In this document: in pieces, positions 21,875 through 29,746 of the stretch
Layout of the letters: each line of letters starts with the position of its first letter
Position numbering within the stretch: the first letter of the stretch is position 1
Assembly: GCA_963810965.1 (NCBI GenBank)
Contig: CAWEPT010000005.1
Location: forward strand, 12,244 to 76,243
Origin: an uncultured delta proteobacterium
GTDB taxonomy: Bacteria; Desulfobacterota; Syntrophia; Syntrophales; UBA2192
Reading direction: 5' to 3'
Length of the DNA stretch: 64,000 nucleotides
The notes under the pieces: model-generated
The model's input: only the letters and a program-made list of their open reading frames with translations
What the model was told of the DNA's origin: nothing
The model's database searches: none
Position numbers and translations under genes: made by a program

Positions 21875-23418
21875 ATGGGAAGCGCACTATGGATCGCCAT
21901 TTCGGGGTTGAATGCCAGCTCCAAGCAGATGGATGTCATCGGTAACAACATCGCCAACGCCAACACGATGGGCTTCAAGGCCGGCAAGACCTACTTCGCC
22001 AACGTGCTGAGCCAGAGCCTCTCCGGCGGGGCCTCCGGCGCCATGCAGATCGGCCAGGGCGTCACCGTGGCCGACGTGGCCACCCAGTTCAGCCAGGGCT
22101 CCCTCGAGTCCACCTCGAGCGCCCTCGACCTGGCCATCGACGGCGGCGGCTTCTTCATCGTCGAGGACAGCGAGGGCTCGCAGTACTACACCCGGGCCGG
22201 CGCCTTCCACATCGACGGCGAGGGCTACCTCGTCGACGTCAACGACTGCCGCGTGCAGGGCTACGCGCCTTCCTCTCCGGCGCTCGGGGATATCAACACG
22301 AGAAGCGCCCAGTCGGCGCCCGCTGCCTCCACGAACTTCTCCGTCGGGCTCAACCTCGATGCCCGGACCGATGCGGGCGGCACATTCTATTCCTCCCAGA
22401 CCGTCTATGATACCCTCGGGGCGGCCCACACGCTCGCCGCGACCTACATGAAGACGGAAGGGGAGGGCCAGTGGGGCATGCGGCATCACCCTGGACGGCA
22501 ATGCCGCCGACACCCAGAATTACACGGGGTTCGCCTTCGACGGCACGGGAAACCTCGACAAGGTCTACAAGCACGGCCATGGGCGCTGCCACCGGCCTCG
22601 GGAACGCGGGCACGGCCACGGCCACCCTTGTCGACGGGCCACGACGGGCAGATTTAGCAAACCGGGCAATCTCGTCACTGCGGCGGGACGCCACGTCCTG
22701 ACAGCTGGTCGCGTCGTTACAGCTACCTCCGATTATGAGAACGCGAGCGTCACGAGTTACGGCACGCTCGGCTAGCGATGACACGCTGGCCATCGACCTC
22801 GACGGTTACGGCGGCGCAGATCTCACCGTGGCCCTCGGCGGGCACCTGGGCCAACAGCGACACGGCTGACCGTCACGTTGACGTCCACGGAAGTGGACCC
22901 CGCCGATATCACCGTTTCCTTCAGCGGCCTTGCCAACGGTGCCACGATCGGGGCATCGGGGGCACCTGACGTGGGACCTGACATCGGCCAGCGCCGAGAC
23001 GATCACCGGCTATGCCTCCAGCTCGACGGTGAAGGCCCTCACCAATGACGGATACCCCTCCGGCGTGCTCCGGAGCCTCGCCATCGAGAAGGACGGCAAC
23101 ATCTCGGGCTTCTTCACGAACGGCCAGACGGCCTCGCTCGGGCAGCTGTGCCTGGCCGACTTCCCCAACCCCTGGGGCCTCAAGAAGATGGGCTCGAACC
23201 TCTTCAGCTCCACCCTCACCTCGGGCCAGGCCATCGTGAACACGCCCGGCGCGGGCGGCCTCGGCGAGGTGACCTCGAACGCCCTGGAGATGTCCAACAC
23301 GGACCTCGGCACGGAGTTCATCAGCATGATCACGGCCCAGAGGGCCTACCAGGCCAGCGCCAAGGTTATTACGACGACGGACGCCATGATGGCCGAACTC
23401 ATGAACATCAAGCGGTAA
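21875..23418 (+). pseudogene. flgE: flagellar hook protein FlgE, about 7 frame breaks in the central variable region
   Basis: The N-terminus (ISGLNASSKQMDVIGNNIANANTMGFK) and C-terminus (EMSNTDLGTEFISMITAQRAYQASAKVITTTDAMMAELMNIKR) are intact. Between ~22475 and ~22960 plausible peptide segments hop between all three frames. Confidence 0.85.
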
Positions 23419-23644
23419 TCCAATCAGGCCGGGTTGCCCCCGGATTGCGGTAAGCCGCAGGCAAGGGGCAGCCCGGCGCTCTGTTCCGTACCGTCAAATT
23501 GTTGACCTGTTCAGGGCTGCTCCGCGCCCTCTCCGGATGCCTGATTGCGCCCGGATTGGCCGCTGGTTGCCGTCCCATCCCTTCGCACCCTTCTGCCGGC
23601 GGGCTCCGCCAGCCGGAATCTCTTGAAAATCCTTCTATTTCTGT

Positions 23645-23660
23645 TGGTATGGAATTTGCT
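23645..23660 (+). promoter_or_regulatory. sigma54 promoter candidate for fliL operon
   Basis: TGGTAT-ggaat-TTGCT with correct GG-N10-GC spacing, ~185 nt upstream of fliL. Confidence 0.55.
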
Positions 23661-23844
23661 CATATGCTGTGTGCACCCGCGGAGTCACCGCGGTCTGCCC
23701 CGGAAACCTGTCCGAAGGGACCGGCACGGGGCCGAACGGGTGCGGTGACCGGGGGCTCGAGACGGAACGACTCGAGCACGGCATGCGGCTCGCCTTCAAG
23801 GTGAGGCCCCAACAAGCAAAAACGAAGGAGTAAACCGGGGAGCC

Positions 23845-24345
23845 ATGGCCAAGGACGTGGAAAAAAACAAACCGGAAGAACAGTCTGCCGAGGGCGGCAA
23901 GGAAAAGAAGAAGGGCTCGAAGCTCAAGTGGATCATCATCGGCATCGTGGTTGTGCTGGTGCTGGGCGGCGGCGGTGCCGGTGCCTATTTCTTCCTGAAC
24001 AAGTCGGCCAGCAAGGAAGCCCAGGCCCCCCCTAAACCCCCGATCGGCGCCGTATGGGCCCCCGATGTGTTCATCATCAACCTGGCCGACGCCGATGCCG
24101 ACCGTTACCTCAAGGTCGTCATGAATTTCGAGCTCTCGGACCCGCTCGCCGTGGCCGAACTCGACGTGATGAAGCCCAAGGTCCGCGATATGGTCCTGAG
24201 CGTGCTCACCGTGAAGGGCATCAAGGACCTGAACAACTTCGAGGGCAAGCAGCGCCTCAAGGAAGAGATCGCGATGCGGCTCAACAATCACATGACGAAA
24301 GGCAAAGTCGTCCAGGTGTACTTTACGGACTTTGTCATCCAGTAA
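23845..24345 (+). CDS. fliL: flagellar basal body-associated protein FliL
   Basis: Lys-rich N-terminus, TM helix WIIIGIVVVLVLGGGGAGAYFF, ADRYLKVVMNFELSD...VYFTDFVIQ. Confidence 0.9.
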   Translation: MAKDVEKNKPEEQSAEGGKEKKKGSKLKWIIIGIVVVLVLGGGGAGAYFFLNKSASKEAQAPPKPPIGAVWAPDVFIINLADADADRYLKVVMNFELSDPLAVAELDVMKPKVRDMVLSVLTVKGIKDLNNFEGKQRLKEEIAMRLNNHMTKGKVVQVYFTDFVIQ

Positions 24346-24380
24346 GGACAGGCTACAAGGCTACAAGGTCAAGCAAGGTC
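24346..24380 (+). repeat. tandem octamer array CTACAAGG x4
   Basis: ggacagg ctacaagg ctacaagg tcaagc aaggtc, immediately after the fliL stop. Confidence 0.75.
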
Positions 24381-24425
24381 CCCATGGCATCCCCCTTGTA
24401 AAAGGGCGACAGAGGGGGATTTGAC

Positions 24426-24470
24426 GGGATAGACGGAATAGACTGAACAGACGGAATAGACGGATTCGAT
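24426..24470 (+). repeat. tandem nonamer array GGAATAGAC x5 ending at the fliM start codon
   Basis: gggatagac ggaatagac tgaacagac ggaatagac ggattcgat, then c-ATG. Confidence 0.85.
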
Positions 24471-24471
24471 C

Positions 24472-25473
24472 ATGTCCAACATACTTTCCCAGGAAGAGAT
24501 AGACGTCCTCTTGAAAGGCCTTTCGGGCGGGGAGATCGAGACAGACCGGGCCGAGCAGCGCGAGCCCGGAGATTTCATTCCCTATGACCTGACAAGCCAG
24601 GACCGGATCATCCGGGGGAGGATGCCCACCTTCGAGATGATGACGGAGAGATTCGCCCGCCTGTACCGGCTGAGCCTGTCATCGCTTCTGCGCCGGGTTG
24701 TCGGGGTGAGCGCGCTGTCCGTCGAGATGATGAAGTTCGGCGAGTTTCTGAAAACCCTTCCCGTCCCGACGAGCCTTCACATCTTCCGGATGGAGCCGCT
24801 TCGGGGCAGCGGCATCTTCGTCGTCGAGTCGAAGGTGATCTTTGCGCTGGTGGACATTCTCTTCGGCGGCTCGGGACAGTCGAGCTTCAAGATCGAGGGC
24901 CGCGAGTTCACCGCCATTGAAAACCGCCTCATCAAGCGCGCCGTGCTCAGCGCGCTCACCGATTTCGAGAAGGCCTGGAAGTCGATCCTCGATGTGAAGA
25001 TCGGCCACCAGCGCTCCGAGATCAATCCCCAGTTCGCCCACATCGTGCCGCTCACCGACGTCGTCGTCGTCGTCCACTTCGAGATCGAGATGGAATTCTC
25101 CTCGGGCATCGTTTCCGTCTGCATCCCCTACTCGATGCTGGAGCCCGTGCGCGAGAAGCTGCAGGCGGGCTTCCAGAGCGACGCGCTGGAGGTGGACCGC
25201 GAGTGGGCCAACCGGTTCAAGGAAGGGCTCATGTCCTCGCGGGTGGAGCTCATCGTGGAGCTGGGGCGCTCCGAGGTGAGCGGCAAGGAGATCGTCGACC
25301 TCAAGAAGGGAGACGTCATCATGCTCGACCGCTACCGCGTCGACCCTCTCGACATCTTCGTGGAAGGCGTCCAGAAACTCACCGCCTTCCCGGGTGTATA
25401 CAAGGGCAGCAGCGCGATCCAGATTGCGGGAACGATTCAGGGAAAAGAGGCTCGGTACTATGGAACAGAATGA
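24472..25473 (+). CDS. fliM: flagellar motor switch protein FliM
   Basis: MSNILSQEEIDVLLKG (CheY-P binding motif), conserved middle and SpoA-like C-terminal domains. Confidence 0.95.
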   Translation: MSNILSQEEIDVLLKGLSGGEIETDRAEQREPGDFIPYDLTSQDRIIRGRMPTFEMMTERFARLYRLSLSSLLRRVVGVSALSVEMMKFGEFLKTLPVPTSLHIFRMEPLRGSGIFVVESKVIFALVDILFGGSGQSSFKIEGREFTAIENRLIKRAVLSALTDFEKAWKSILDVKIGHQRSEINPQFAHIVPLTDVVVVVHFEIEMEFSSGIVSVCIPYSMLEPVREKLQAGFQSDALEVDREWANRFKEGLMSSRVELIVELGRSEVSGKEIVDLKKGDVIMLDRYRVDPLDIFVEGVQKLTAFPGVYKGSSAIQIAGTIQGKEARYYGTE

Positions 25474-25915
25474 AGTGGACAGCTTGATGCAGGAGATCAA
25501 CAAGGAGACCGGAGGCGCCCCTCCCGCGCAGGAGGGCGAAATCGGCTGGGACGACGTCAAGGACGAGATGGAGAAGTCCAGGCAGGCGGCCCCGCGGGCG
25601 GAAGTCAGCGATCCCGATTTCAACGAGCTGCAGAAGACGGGCGGCGGCAGGGCGGGCTTCGATCTCGACTTCATCCTCGACATCCCGCTGACGCTCACCG
25701 TGGAGCTGGGCCGGTGCCGGATGCTGATCAACGAACTGCTGCAGCTCGGCCAGGGGTCCGTCGTCGAATTGCAGAAGATCGCCGGCGAGCCCATGGACGT
25801 CTATGTGAATCAGCGCCTGATCGCGCGCGGGGAGGTCGTCGTCATCAACGAGAAGTTCGGCGTCCGCCTGACGGACATCATTTCACCGGCCGAGCGCATC
25901 CTCAAGCTTCGCTGA
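25460..25915 (+). CDS. fliN: flagellar motor switch protein FliN
   Basis: Track ORF 25394..25915; ATG 25460 overlaps the fliM end. SpoA domain LDIPLTLTVELGRCRMLINELLQLGQGSVVELQKIAGEPMDVYVN. Confidence 0.9.
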   Translation: MEQNEVDSLMQEINKETGGAPPAQEGEIGWDDVKDEMEKSRQAAPRAEVSDPDFNELQKTGGGRAGFDLDFILDIPLTLTVELGRCRMLINELLQLGQGSVVELQKIAGEPMDVYVNQRLIARGEVVVINEKFGVRLTDIISPAERILKLR

Positions 25916-25933
25916 GAGGGGGCAAGGAGTCCC

Positions 25934-26338
25934 ATGGGCACCTTCGATTTTATCGCATCGCTCGTGAAGATGATCTCGGCCCTGGCCGTCGTTCTCGGGG
26001 TGATGCTCGCCGGTCTCTGGGCCGTCCGGAAGTTCATGAAAAAGACGGGCACGGGTGTGGACGACGAGCAGAAGATCCGCGTCCTGTCCACCCGCTACCT
26101 GGGCCCGAAGTCGAGCATCATGCTCCTCGATGTGCTGGGCAGCGTGATCGTCGTCGGCGTGACGGGCAGCCAGATCTCCATGCTCACCACCATCACCGAC
26201 GAGGAGTCCCTCGAGCGCCTGAGGTCAACGCGCGCCGGGGAGAGGGACTCGCAGCCCTTCCTCGACCAGATCACCCTGTACAAACGCAAACTGAAAACCC
26301 TGAGCCTGGCAAGCTCCCGACTGAGCAAGGAACCATGA
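25934..26338 (+). CDS. fliO: flagellar biosynthesis protein FliO
   Basis: Single TM helix (ISALAVVLGVMLAGLWAV), RVLSTRYLGPKSSIMLLDV, position before fliP. Confidence 0.8.
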   Translation: MGTFDFIASLVKMISALAVVLGVMLAGLWAVRKFMKKTGTGVDDEQKIRVLSTRYLGPKSSIMLLDVLGSVIVVGVTGSQISMLTTITDEESLERLRSTRAGERDSQPFLDQITLYKRKLKTLSLASSRLSKEP

Positions 26339-26371
26339 GCCGGACTTTTACCCGTATCGCTGCTTGCGCTC

Positions 26372-27106
26372 GTGTTGTCTGCTGTCGCCGGGCTTGCCCT
26401 GGCTGTGCCGGCGTGGGCGCAGAACATGCCCATCCCCTCGGTCAGCCTGAATTTCGGCGACGGCTCCGGCGAGCCGGGCAAGGTGGCCGTGGTGATGCAG
26501 CTCCTGCTGCTGCTCACGGTTCTTTCGCTCGCCCCGGCGATCCTCATGATGGTGACCTCCTTCACGCGGATCGTCGTCGTGCTGTCGATCCTGAGGCACG
26601 CCCTGGGGACCCAGCAGATGCCGGCAAACCAGATCATCGTCGGGCTGGCGCTTTTTCTGACGTTCTTCATCATGGCGCCCGTCTGGCAGAAGGTGAACAG
26701 CGACGCCATCCAGCCTTACATGAACGAGCAGATCTCGACCGAGCAGGCCTTCGACAAGGCGGCGGACCCGATCCGGGACTTCATGCTGAAGCAGACCCGC
26801 GAGAAGGACATGGAGCTGTTCATCAAGGTGTCCGGCGGCAAGAAGCCGGAAAAACCGGCCGACGTGGCGACCACGGCGCTCATTCCGGCCTTCGTGATCA
26901 GCGAGCTGAAGACGGCCTTTCAGATCGGGTTTCTCATCTACATCCCCTTCCTGGTCATCGACATGGTCGTGGCCAGTATCCTGCTGTCGATGGGCATGAT
27001 GATGCTTCCCCCGATCATGATCAGCCTGCCCTTCAAGCTCCTGCTGTTCGTGCTGGTCGACGGCTGGAATCTCATCATCGGGTCGCTCGTCCAGAGCTTC
27101 CATTGA
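26372..27106 (+). CDS. fliP: flagellar export apparatus protein FliP (5' end uncertain)
   Basis: LLLLTVLSLAPAILMMVTSFTRIVVVLSILRHALGTQQMP. The track start is GTG 26372. ATG 26335 overlaps the fliO stop (ATGA) but is one base out of frame. Confidence 0.9.
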   Translation: MLSAVAGLALAVPAWAQNMPIPSVSLNFGDGSGEPGKVAVVMQLLLLLTVLSLAPAILMMVTSFTRIVVVLSILRHALGTQQMPANQIIVGLALFLTFFIMAPVWQKVNSDAIQPYMNEQISTEQAFDKAADPIRDFMLKQTREKDMELFIKVSGGKKPEKPADVATTALIPAFVISELKTAFQIGFLIYIPFLVIDMVVASILLSMGMMMLPPIMISLPFKLLLFVLVDGWNLIIGSLVQSFH

Positions 27107-27131
27107 GGCTCCGGAAAGGAAAAGGGCAGTC

Positions 27132-27401
27132 ATGACAACCGATCTGATCATGGGCATCGCAGCGGAGACCATGAAGGTGACCCTTCTCGTGTCGGCCCCG
27201 GTGCTGCTCGTGGGCCTCGTCGTGGGCCTCATGATCAGCATCTTTCAGGCTGTGACCCAGGTGCAGGAGATGACGCTTGCCTTTGTGCCCAAGATCATCG
27301 CCGTCATGCTGGCCCTTCTCTTCGCCGCACCCTGGATGATCGACATGCTCGTGAACTTCACGCACAACCTTTTTTCGAACATACCGAATTACATCAAATA
27401 A
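27132..27401 (+). CDS. fliQ: flagellar export apparatus protein FliQ
   Basis: 89 aa, two TM helices, ISIFQAVTQVQEMTLAFVPK. Confidence 0.93.
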   Translation: MTTDLIMGIAAETMKVTLLVSAPVLLVGLVVGLMISIFQAVTQVQEMTLAFVPKIIAVMLALLFAAPWMIDMLVNFTHNLFSNIPNYIK

Positions 27402-27443
27402 AGGGGACAGGGTAAAGGGTTCAGGGTTCAGGGTCAGAAGGTA
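27402..27443 (+). repeat. tandem heptamer array AGGGTNN x6
   Basis: aggggac agggtaa agggttc agggttc agggtca gaaggta. Starts at the base after the fliQ TAA. Confidence 0.85.
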
Positions 27444-27486
27444 CGCGATTCACTTCGGATCCGGGGAAACCCCATCCGGTGAGGAC

Positions 27487-28260
27487 ATGACCTTTCCCAA
27501 CTTCTCCGCCGGGCAGATCGAGCTCTTCTTTCTCGTTTTGCTCCGGGTCAGCACCATCGTGGTGATGATCCCCATCCTCGGGGAACGGACGACCCCTGCC
27601 CGCGTCAAGGGGGGGCTGGCAATTCTGATCACCTTTCTCGTTCTTCCCTTCGTCGGGCACCCTGCCGCGGGCGCCGAGGATCTTTTCACGCTCGGCCTGA
27701 GAATGGGGGGCGAGGTCCTCATCGGGATCATCCTGGGTTTTGCCTGTCGTCTTGCTTTTACGGGCATTCGGATGGCCGGTGACCTCATAAGCTTCCAGAT
27801 GGGGTTCTCCATCGCCAACATCATCGACCCCCTCACGAGCGACCAGGTCTCCGTCATCACCGAGCTCCAGTACCTCTTTGCGGCGCTTCTCTTCCTGGGC
27901 GTCAACGGCCACCACATGATGATCCAGGCCGTCTCGGAGAGCTATACGGTGCTGCCGGTCCTCGGGTTCCACATGACGGGGGCACTGGCGCAGAGCCTTG
28001 TCGATCTGTCCCGGAACATGTTCGTCATCGCCGTGAAGATCTCGGCGCCGGTCGTTGTGGCGCTGCTGTTTGCCAATCTCGGCCTGGGGCTCATTGCGCG
28101 TACCGTCCCCCAGATGAACGTTTTCATCGTCGGCTTTCCCCTCCAGATCGCCATCGGGCTCATCGGGGTCGGCCTCACCATCCCCCTGTTTCTCCATATT
28201 GCGACAGGTCTCTTCTCGAATCTCCCCGCCGAGATGGGCCTTTTGCTCAGGGCCATGTAG
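27487..28260 (+). CDS. fliR: flagellar export apparatus protein FliR
   Basis: Polytopic membrane protein, FFLVLLRVSTIVVMIPILG...VPQMNVFIVGFPLQI. Confidence 0.93.
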   Translation: MTFPNFSAGQIELFFLVLLRVSTIVVMIPILGERTTPARVKGGLAILITFLVLPFVGHPAAGAEDLFTLGLRMGGEVLIGIILGFACRLAFTGIRMAGDLISFQMGFSIANIIDPLTSDQVSVITELQYLFAALLFLGVNGHHMMIQAVSESYTVLPVLGFHMTGALAQSLVDLSRNMFVIAVKISAPVVVALLFANLGLGLIARTVPQMNVFIVGFPLQIAIGLIGVGLTIPLFLHIATGLFSNLPAEMGLLLRAM

Positions 28261-28274
28261 GCGCCGAACGGCGC

Positions 28275-28309
28275 CGGGTACAGGGTCCAGGGCACAGGGT
28301 CCAGGGTTC
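28275..28309 (+). repeat. tandem heptamer array AGGGTCC x5
   Basis: cgggtac agggtcc agggcac agggtcc agggttc, preceded by the hairpin GCGCC-gaac-GGCGC (28261-28274). Confidence 0.85.
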
Positions 28310-28360
28310 CGGAAAAACGAAAAAAGATAGTCGCCCGAGATACGTCCATTCCCCCCTTTT

Positions 28361-28376
28361 CGGCACGAAGTCTGCA
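28361..28376 (+). promoter_or_regulatory. sigma54 promoter candidate upstream of flhB
   Basis: CGGCAC-gaagt-CTGCA. GG-N10-GC spacing is kept, with two mismatches to consensus. Confidence 0.35.
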
Positions 28377-28483
28377 ATCCTGTCCATCAACGCTATTTGC
28401 ACTGATATTTCCGGTCTTTTTGCCTGTTTTTTGACGTCAGCGTCAGAAGGCCGGAACAATGTTGCACGGGTTGCAGGAAACAG

Positions 28484-28555
28484 GATCGAGGTTCGAGGCA
28501 CGAGGACCGAGGACAAAATTCACTGAGCACTGGCCACTAGACCCTAGACACTGCC
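28484..28555 (+). repeat. two adjacent heptamer arrays (NNCGAGG x4, CACTNNN x5)
   Basis: atcgagg ttcgagg cacgagg accgagg, then cactgag cactggc cactaga ccctaga cactgcc. Ends 4 nt before the flhB ATG. Confidence 0.75.
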
Positions 28556-28559
28556 TTTT

Positions 28560-29630
28560 ATGGCCGACATCGACAAGGACCAGGAACGAACTGAACAGGC
28601 GTCGCCCAAGCGGCGCGAAGAAGCCCGGAACAAGGGTCAGGTCGCCAAGAGCCCGGAAGTGGCCTCGGCGGCGATCCTGCTTGCCTGCACGATCTTTTTC
28701 TATTTCGGCTCCGGCGGGATGGTCGAGCGCCTGATGGACCTCACGAGCTGGACGCTGCGGCAGAGCGGCACGACGGCCGTCAGTCTCAACAACATCAACG
28801 CGCTGATCTGGGGCTGGAGCTGGAAGCTCTTCCTGGTCATGGCGCCGCTGCTGCTCACGGTGGTCATCGCCGGTTTCCTGGCCAATTATCTCCAGATCGG
28901 CTTCATCTTCTCCACCGAGACGCTGACCCCGAAATTCGAGAAGATCGACCCCATCAAGGGGTTCCAGAGGCTTTTTGCCCTGCGCTCGCTCGTGGAGCTG
29001 ACCAAGAGCCTTCTGAAAATGGCCATCGTCGCCGCCGTTGTCTGGTTCACCCTGAAGGACGAACTCCAGAACATGATCCCGCTCATGGAGGAGTCCCTCT
29101 GGGGGATCCTCCTGTACACGGGGAGGATCTCCTTCAAGATCCTGATCACGACCTGCTGGATCCTCATCGTGCTGGCGATCCTGGATTATCTCTACCAGCG
29201 ATGGGAGTTCGAGAAGGGGATCCGCATGTCGCGCCAGGAGGTCAAGGACGAGTACAAGCAGACCGAGGGCGATCCCCACGTCAAGTCGAGGATTCGCCGC
29301 ATCCAGCGCGAGGCGGCACGCAAGCGCATGATGGCCAATGTCCCCAAGGCCGATGTGGTCATCACCAACCCGACGCACCTGGCCGTGGCCATCCGCTATG
29401 ACCCCGAGAAAATGTACGCGCCCACCGTCGTGGCCAAGGGGGCCGGCTTCGTGGCGGAAAGGATCCGGGAGATCGCCGCGGCCCACCGGGTGCCCGTCAT
29501 CGAGAACAAACCCGTGGCACAACTATTGTATAAAACGGTCGATGTGGATCAGGCGATCCCGGAGGATCTCTACCGTGCCGTCGCCGAGATCCTGGCTTAT
29601 GTTTACGGCCTCAAGGAACGGGCGGTCTGA
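28560..29630 (+). CDS. flhB: flagellar export apparatus protein FlhB
   Basis: KDQERTEQASPKRREEARNKGQVAKS, four TM helices, NPTH autocleavage site (VITNPTHLAVAIRYD). Confidence 0.95.
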   Translation: MADIDKDQERTEQASPKRREEARNKGQVAKSPEVASAAILLACTIFFYFGSGGMVERLMDLTSWTLRQSGTTAVSLNNINALIWGWSWKLFLVMAPLLLTVVIAGFLANYLQIGFIFSTETLTPKFEKIDPIKGFQRLFALRSLVELTKSLLKMAIVAAVVWFTLKDELQNMIPLMEESLWGILLYTGRISFKILITTCWILIVLAILDYLYQRWEFEKGIRMSRQEVKDEYKQTEGDPHVKSRIRRIQREAARKRMMANVPKADVVITNPTHLAVAIRYDPEKMYAPTVVAKGAGFVAERIREIAAAHRVPVIENKPVAQLLYKTVDVDQAIPEDLYRAVAEILAYVYGLKERAV

Positions 29631-29702
29631 TCATGTTCAGGACCTGGAAAAATGACGGCAGGTTTCGAGAGTTCAGGTGCATGGTCGGTATTTTTCCGGC
29701 CC

Positions 29703-29733
29703 GATACCCTGAGACCCGAACCCTGTCCCCTGA
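29703..29733 (+). repeat. tandem heptamer array NNACCCT-type x4
   Basis: gataccc tgagaccc gaaccc tgtcccc tga, just upstream of the flhA RBS. Confidence 0.65.
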
Positions 29734-29746
29734 TTTAGGATGATTC

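Noticed and set aside
21169-23418. Programmed ribosomal frameshifting to explain the frame breaks.
   Set aside because: There are too many sites per gene (3 in flgD, ~7 in flgE). No shared slippery heptamer or downstream structure is visible. Both +1 and -1 breaks occur, and several sit in short homopolymers.
23557-23571. TGGCCG...TTGCC as a sigma54 promoter upstream of fliL.
   Set aside because: GG to GC spacing is 9 nt rather than 10. A correctly spaced site exists at 23645-23660.
24385-24400. TGGCAT-N5-TTGTA between fliL and fliM as a sigma54 promoter.
   Set aside because: The essential -12 GC dinucleotide is GT. The site lies inside an apparent fliL-fliM operon spacer.
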